From positions 55,552,001 to 55,616,000 of the forward strand of contig OZ024749.1 of assembly GCA_964016885.1 (NCBI GenBank): 64,000 nt of DNA. The letters are read 5' to 3'. Below the pieces are notes generated by a model. It saw nothing but the letters and a program-made list of their open reading frames with translations. It did not search any database and was not told the DNA's origin. The DNA is from Eledone cirrhosa. Its lineage: Eukaryota. The translations under genes and the position numbers were made by a program. Of this stretch, positions 58,697-64,000 are shown piece by piece; the stretch's first letter is position 1; every line of letters begins with the position of its first letter.

Positions 58697-61107
58697 TTAT
58701 ATATACATACATGCATGTGTACATTCAAACACCTACATGCAGTATTTAATATGATTTTCGGTTACATCTTGAATGAAATAACTAGTGTTTTTTGTGGTTT
58801 TATATATTTATATATATATTTATGTGTTTATTTGTTCAGACACATTATAAAAATGGCTTCTTTACCGCATTTCTCAAAAATCTTACAATATGCTTTGATG
58901 GCTGCTCAGCAGACCCCAAACTACTTGCATACAGGAATGTAAATTTCGTGGTTTCCCTGTAATTATGACAGGAGAGAAACCTGTTTAGTGACTTTCAGCA
59001 TTGCAAACAATGGAAGCCTATTATGAGGCCTCTCTCTCTCTGTGTCTTCCTTTCTCTCTCTCTCAACAATTTGCGTATATAATTTGATTCAAGTGAAAAG
59101 GAAAAACAAACTTATTTCTATTTAATTAAAATGACATGCCTATCAATTGAATGTCGGTCAATTTTAGCAGAAATGCAGGTGTTTCTCTCTTCCGCTCCTA
59201 TACTTTATATCATAGAATGTACCTTATTTTAATTCAGTGTCTATAGGCAAAGTTTTCTTTACTGAACGCTGTAAAGTTTTCAAAATGCTTAGTTAGAAAA
59301 ATTACACGATACTGCATTCACCTTAGAAATATATAAATTTCGTGTAATAATAATTGTGTATATATATATATATCTTTACATACACATACACATATATATG
59401 TATATATATTCACAATATTCTGAGTTAAAGACTGTTCAGAAGATATGTGTGTTTCATGAGAAATATTTTAAAATATTCTAAACTTTACACAAGGCAATGT
59501 GATTTCAGATAAACACCAACAATTATATTGGAATACAGATTTTTGACAGTTAAACACTGGCCCAGTTGGTTTTTATGTTTCAATGAGACAGTATTTTAGA
59601 GAAATACTAATAAAAAAAATGTACTAAAAAAATTCTACATGAGGTGTTGTGAGTTCACAGAAACTTGAACATTTGTGTTGGAATATTTGGTGTAAAATAT
59701 ATCAATAGTGTGAGAACGTCTAGAGCATCAGATGTATGTTTAATAAAGAAAATGAAAATAATATAGAATAGTCCTCTGAGAAATATCTGAAGAACACAAC
59801 AGGGTTTACAAACTAGGCCACCTGAACCTACAAAATGTAAAATAAACCCTGAGAAACGAGTCGTGCATGAAGCACTTAAAAAAATGTTTTACAAAAGTTA
59901 TTAGCACTGTAAAAATGTCATTTTATCTCTATAGAAAATGAAATACAAGGAAAACTTTGGTCTATAAACAAATTGTAAAGAGATGGGAAGTACCAAATCT
60001 TTGTTGGTTTTGGTTAATTCACCGTATATTAGCAATATTAGCTGGATCTAGAATTTCCAAGAACTTCTAAAGAAGACGCGGACTTTGATACAGCTTCATT
60101 GCATATTCGAATATAATAACAGTCTGGCAGACTCCAGCTTAATGGTGCTTGAAAAACCAGGCGTCAAACATCGTTTAATGAATATTCTAACAGGATTAAC
60201 TCCCTTTACATCTGAATAGAACATAAAACGAACCGATGGTGAAACCTTTACGTGATTTAATGACATGATAGAAATAACAGCTAAATCGTTCTCAAATCTC
60301 GCTTTACATTCTTAAATAATAGAAGAATATTTTAGACAAGTAATTGTCCATGGGGCAGAGTTGAAACAATGCCCAGACTGGAGTATAGTGTCTGCTCCTT
60401 CCCCTCTCACTTCCTTTCGTTGAGATTTCAAGAAGGAATATCAAAAGAGAAGAACAAATAAAACTACAAAAGAAGAAGAAGAACAACAACAAAGCAGCAA
60501 CAACATCAACAAGAACAGCAACAGCAGCAACAGCAGCAGTAGCAGAAATGAAGTGTAAATTACATTCAGAGAATGTTATGTCACTGTTGTTAATAATGAC
60601 TTTATTGTTTGTTTATCATTAGAGATCTCCACCATTGACGATAACTCCAGCAGACAAATTTACAGTTAGACAGACAGACAGACAGACATACAGAGAGACA
60701 GACAGACAGGCAGATAGACAGACAGACAGAGAGGCAGACATACAGTGAGTCATACAGACAGAGACAGGCAGACAGACACAGACAGACAGACAGAGACAGA
60801 CAGAGAGATAGAGAGACAGACAGACAGAGAGATAGAGAGACAGACAGACAGTGAGTCAGTCTGACAGAGAGCCAGACTGACAGACATACAGACAGAGAGC
60901 CAGACAGACTGACAGAGAGCTAAAGTCTGGCAGGTAGGCATGTAAGAAAGGTAAGGTAAAGTAGGTGTGTTGTTAGGTAGGAAAGTGTGTGGGTGGGTGA
61001 GGGTAGGAAGGTTTGCCAGGCAGGTATGAAATAACGCTTGGTAGGTTGGTGATAGGAGGGGGGGGGGTAATTGAGGAAGATAGTTGAGGTGAGATAGGTA
61101 GTTATGT

Positions 61108-61527
61108 AAGGAAGGGAGGGAGGGTTGGTGGTGGAGAGAAAGAGTGAGGTGAGTAAGGAAGGGAGGGGGTGGTGGTGGAGAGAAAGAGTGAGGTGAGTAA
61201 GGAAGGAGGGGGGTTGGTGGTGGAGAGAAAGAGTGAGGTGAGTAAGGAAGGAGGGTGGGGGTGGTGGAGAGAAAGAGTGAAGTGAGTAAGGAAGGAGGGG
61301 AGTTGGTGGTGGAGAGAAAGAGTGAGGTGAGTAAGGAAGGAGGGGGGTGGGGTGAAGAGAAAGAGTGAGGTGAGTAAGGAAGGAGGGGGTGGTGGTGGTG
61401 GAGAGAAAGAGTGAGGTGAGTAAGGAAGGAGGGGGGTTGGTGGTGGAGAGAAAGAGTGAGGTGAGTAAGGAAGGAGGGTGGGGGTGGTGGAGAGAAAGAG
61501 TGAGGTGAGTAAGGAAGGAGGGTGGGA
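61108..61527. repeat. G-rich minisatellite of ~42-45-bp units, about 9-10 copies
   Basis: Unit GGTGGTGGAGAGAAAGAGTGAGGTGAGTAAGGAAGGAGGG(G)n. Confidence 0.92.
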
Positions 61528-61729
61528 GTTACGTAGGATGCTGTCAGGTAGCAGAAATCTTTCACCACCATCCCCACCATGTCAAAAATAATTTGCTAGA
61601 CTGAACCGTGAGATACGGAACTGAAGAAACATCTGGTCGTCCAAGAATATAACCCACCACACTCTCTCTCTCTCTCTCTAACTAGTCATGGCTGTATGCC
61701 TCTTTTTTTCATTTTTCTGCAATATATAT

Positions 61730-61930
61730 AACAAAGGAATTGTGGTAAGGAACCAGATGGACCATAACGCACCAGAGTACTCAATACTTAGGGTAGTAGA
61801 GTGGGAAATAGGAAAAAGTATGACCCCGACGGCAGAGCTCAAGCCCTTTCGACGGCTATTTTTGGACTCAGTCCAGAAATAGCCGTCGAAACGGCCTGAG
61901 CTCTGCCGTCGGGGTCATACTTTTTCCTAT
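61730..61930 (-). mobile_element. Fold-back element, family B, second copy
   Basis: 61-bp arms at 61808-61868 and 61870-61930 with 3 mismatches; TA flanks; homologous to 16615-16810. Confidence 0.8.
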
Positions 61931-61968
61931 ATATATATATATATACAAGCATGTACGTACATACAAAT

Positions 61969-62010
<42 letters not shown>

Positions 62011-62011
<1 letters not shown>

Positions 62012-62376
62012 ATTGGTGTGGGATGCTTAAAGCGTCCGCAAGCGGTAGGCCTTTTGAGCACTCGATGCTCTTACAGAACAGAGTATGATATCACATAAGA
62101 AACGGAGAATCAGTGGTGCGACGAATAAAATTTATTAGACATATTACAATCGTTTCTCTGACGACCAGCTCGAGGCACGATCGATTCTACGAAGCAGAGT
62201 TTCCAGATTTGGAAACTCTGCTTCCTAGAATCGAGACGTATCTGAGGACCTTGCGATTTCAGAGTCAGGTTCAATCATTACATCGATCGTGCCTCGATCT
62301 GGTCGCCAGAGAAACGATTGTAATATGTCTAATAAATTTTATTCGTCGCATCACTGATTCTCCGTTTCTTATGTAA
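62011..62376 (-). mobile_element. Fold-back element, family D
   Basis: Arms 62093-62207 and 62208-62374; the right arm has 52 extra nt between ATCGA direct repeats; shared hairpin GAGCATCGAGTGCTC on the minus strand at 62056-62070. Confidence 0.7.
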
Positions 62377-62384
62377 CACACACA

Positions 62385-63470
62385 CATATGCATATATATA
62401 TATACATGCATATATATATATATACATGCATATATATATATATACATGCATATATATACATATACATGAATATATATGCATATATATACATGCATATATA
62501 TACATATATATATATGCATATATATACATATATATATATGCATATATATACATATATATATATGCATATATATACATATATATATATGCATATATATACA
62601 TATATATATATGCATATATATACATATATATATATGCATATATATATATGCATATATATATATGCATATATATACATATATATATATGCATATATATACA
62701 TATATATATATGCATATATATACATATATATATATGCATATATATATATACATATATATATATACATATATATATATGCATATATATACATATATATACA
62801 TATATATATGCATATATATACATATATATATATATGCATATATATACATATATATATATGCATATATACATATGCATATATATACATATATACATATGCA
62901 TATATATATACATATATATATATACATATATACATATGCATATATATACATATATATACATTTATATATATGCATATATATACATATATATACATATATA
63001 TACATTTATATATATGCATATATATACATATATACATATATATACATTTATATATATGCATATATATATATATGCATATATATACATATATATATATGCA
63101 TATATATACATATATATATATGCATATATATACATATATATATATGCATATATATACATATATATATATGCATATATATACATATATATATATGCATATA
63201 TATACATATATATATATGCATATATATACATATATATATATATACATATATATATATGCATATATATACATATATATATATGCATATATATACATGCATA
63301 TATATGCATATATATACATGCATATATATGCATATATATGCATATATATACATGCATATATATACATATATATACATGCATATATATACATATATATATA
63401 CATACATACATCCATATATATATATATATACATACATCCATATATATATATATGCATACATATATATATA
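62385..63470. repeat. (TA)n/TGCA/TACA complex repeat with an approximately 22-bp period
   Basis: Recurrent ATGCATATATATACATATATAT unit. Confidence 0.93.
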
Positions 63471-63920
63471 ATGAGAAAATAATGATAATCCTCATCCAGT
63501 TACGGGGATATATATGTCATCACCTTACACTGCATTACTTTTCTGAGTTTAATCAAACGTCATAAACCGCCTGTTTCCCCATTGGACTCGATACTGTCCC
63601 TTAATTATTACCAATCAGCAAGATTCCTTGACGTGGTGATTATGAACATAGACTACAATGAAAGGAGGCGGAATACATGCCGCCAGACGTCATGACAATG
63701 CTCTTATAAGTTTGTTAAAACTCTATCTTGGACTGTTGAATTATTCTTCGACGCCGAGTTACAGACAAAACTGATTTTGGTAAGATTCGAACTCAACGAA
63801 TCTGGGAGTTCTAAGAACTTTGCCAATTCATCGTCTATACAGACATTTACACACATATATACACACATATACACAGACACACATACAAACACACACACAC
63901 ACACACAGACATATACACAG

Positions 63921-63974
<54 letters not shown>

Positions 63975-64000
63975 TGTGTGTTTGGGTGCGTAGATACGTA

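Noticed and set aside
62156-62200. CTGACGA in the family D left arm as an HHR core
   Set aside because: No properly spaced stem II, GAAA and stem III follow, and the other arm has a substitution at this site.
63704-63836. Possible minus-strand terminal exon (DDELAKFLELPDS...)
   Set aside because: Weak acceptor and no recognisable homology; it would need RNA-seq support.

Overview
This is AT-rich, repeat-dense animal genomic DNA. The SINE content resembles that of an octopod cephalopod, judged from recall only. There is a 200-N scaffold gap at 5859-6058 and no host gene that I can support; almost all long ORFs are translated microsatellites. The only real coding sequence is a 5'-truncated but uninterrupted CR1/L2-type LINE reverse transcriptase (46432-48486, minus strand). 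The window also holds two decayed RTE-LINE fragments, about 20 tRNA-derived SINE copies, a Tc1/mariner-like MITE, a 2.7-kb 40-bp satellite and many microsatellites. The most notable signal is a set of short (60-370 bp) non-coding elements from several sequence-divergent families, inserted in (TA)n or other microsatellites. Several carry hammerhead-ribozyme (HHR) motifs, with the most complete type-I fold at 1472-1522. Four are fold-back palindromes that turn just upstream of the HHR GAAA (32-201, 16615-16810, 61730-61930, 62011-62376). Eight share a covarying mini-hairpin (RYAT-YGA-GTRC) 40-48 nt from their 3' junction. I infer non-autonomous Penelope-like or retrozyme-like RNAs; no ribozyme activity or database match has been tested.
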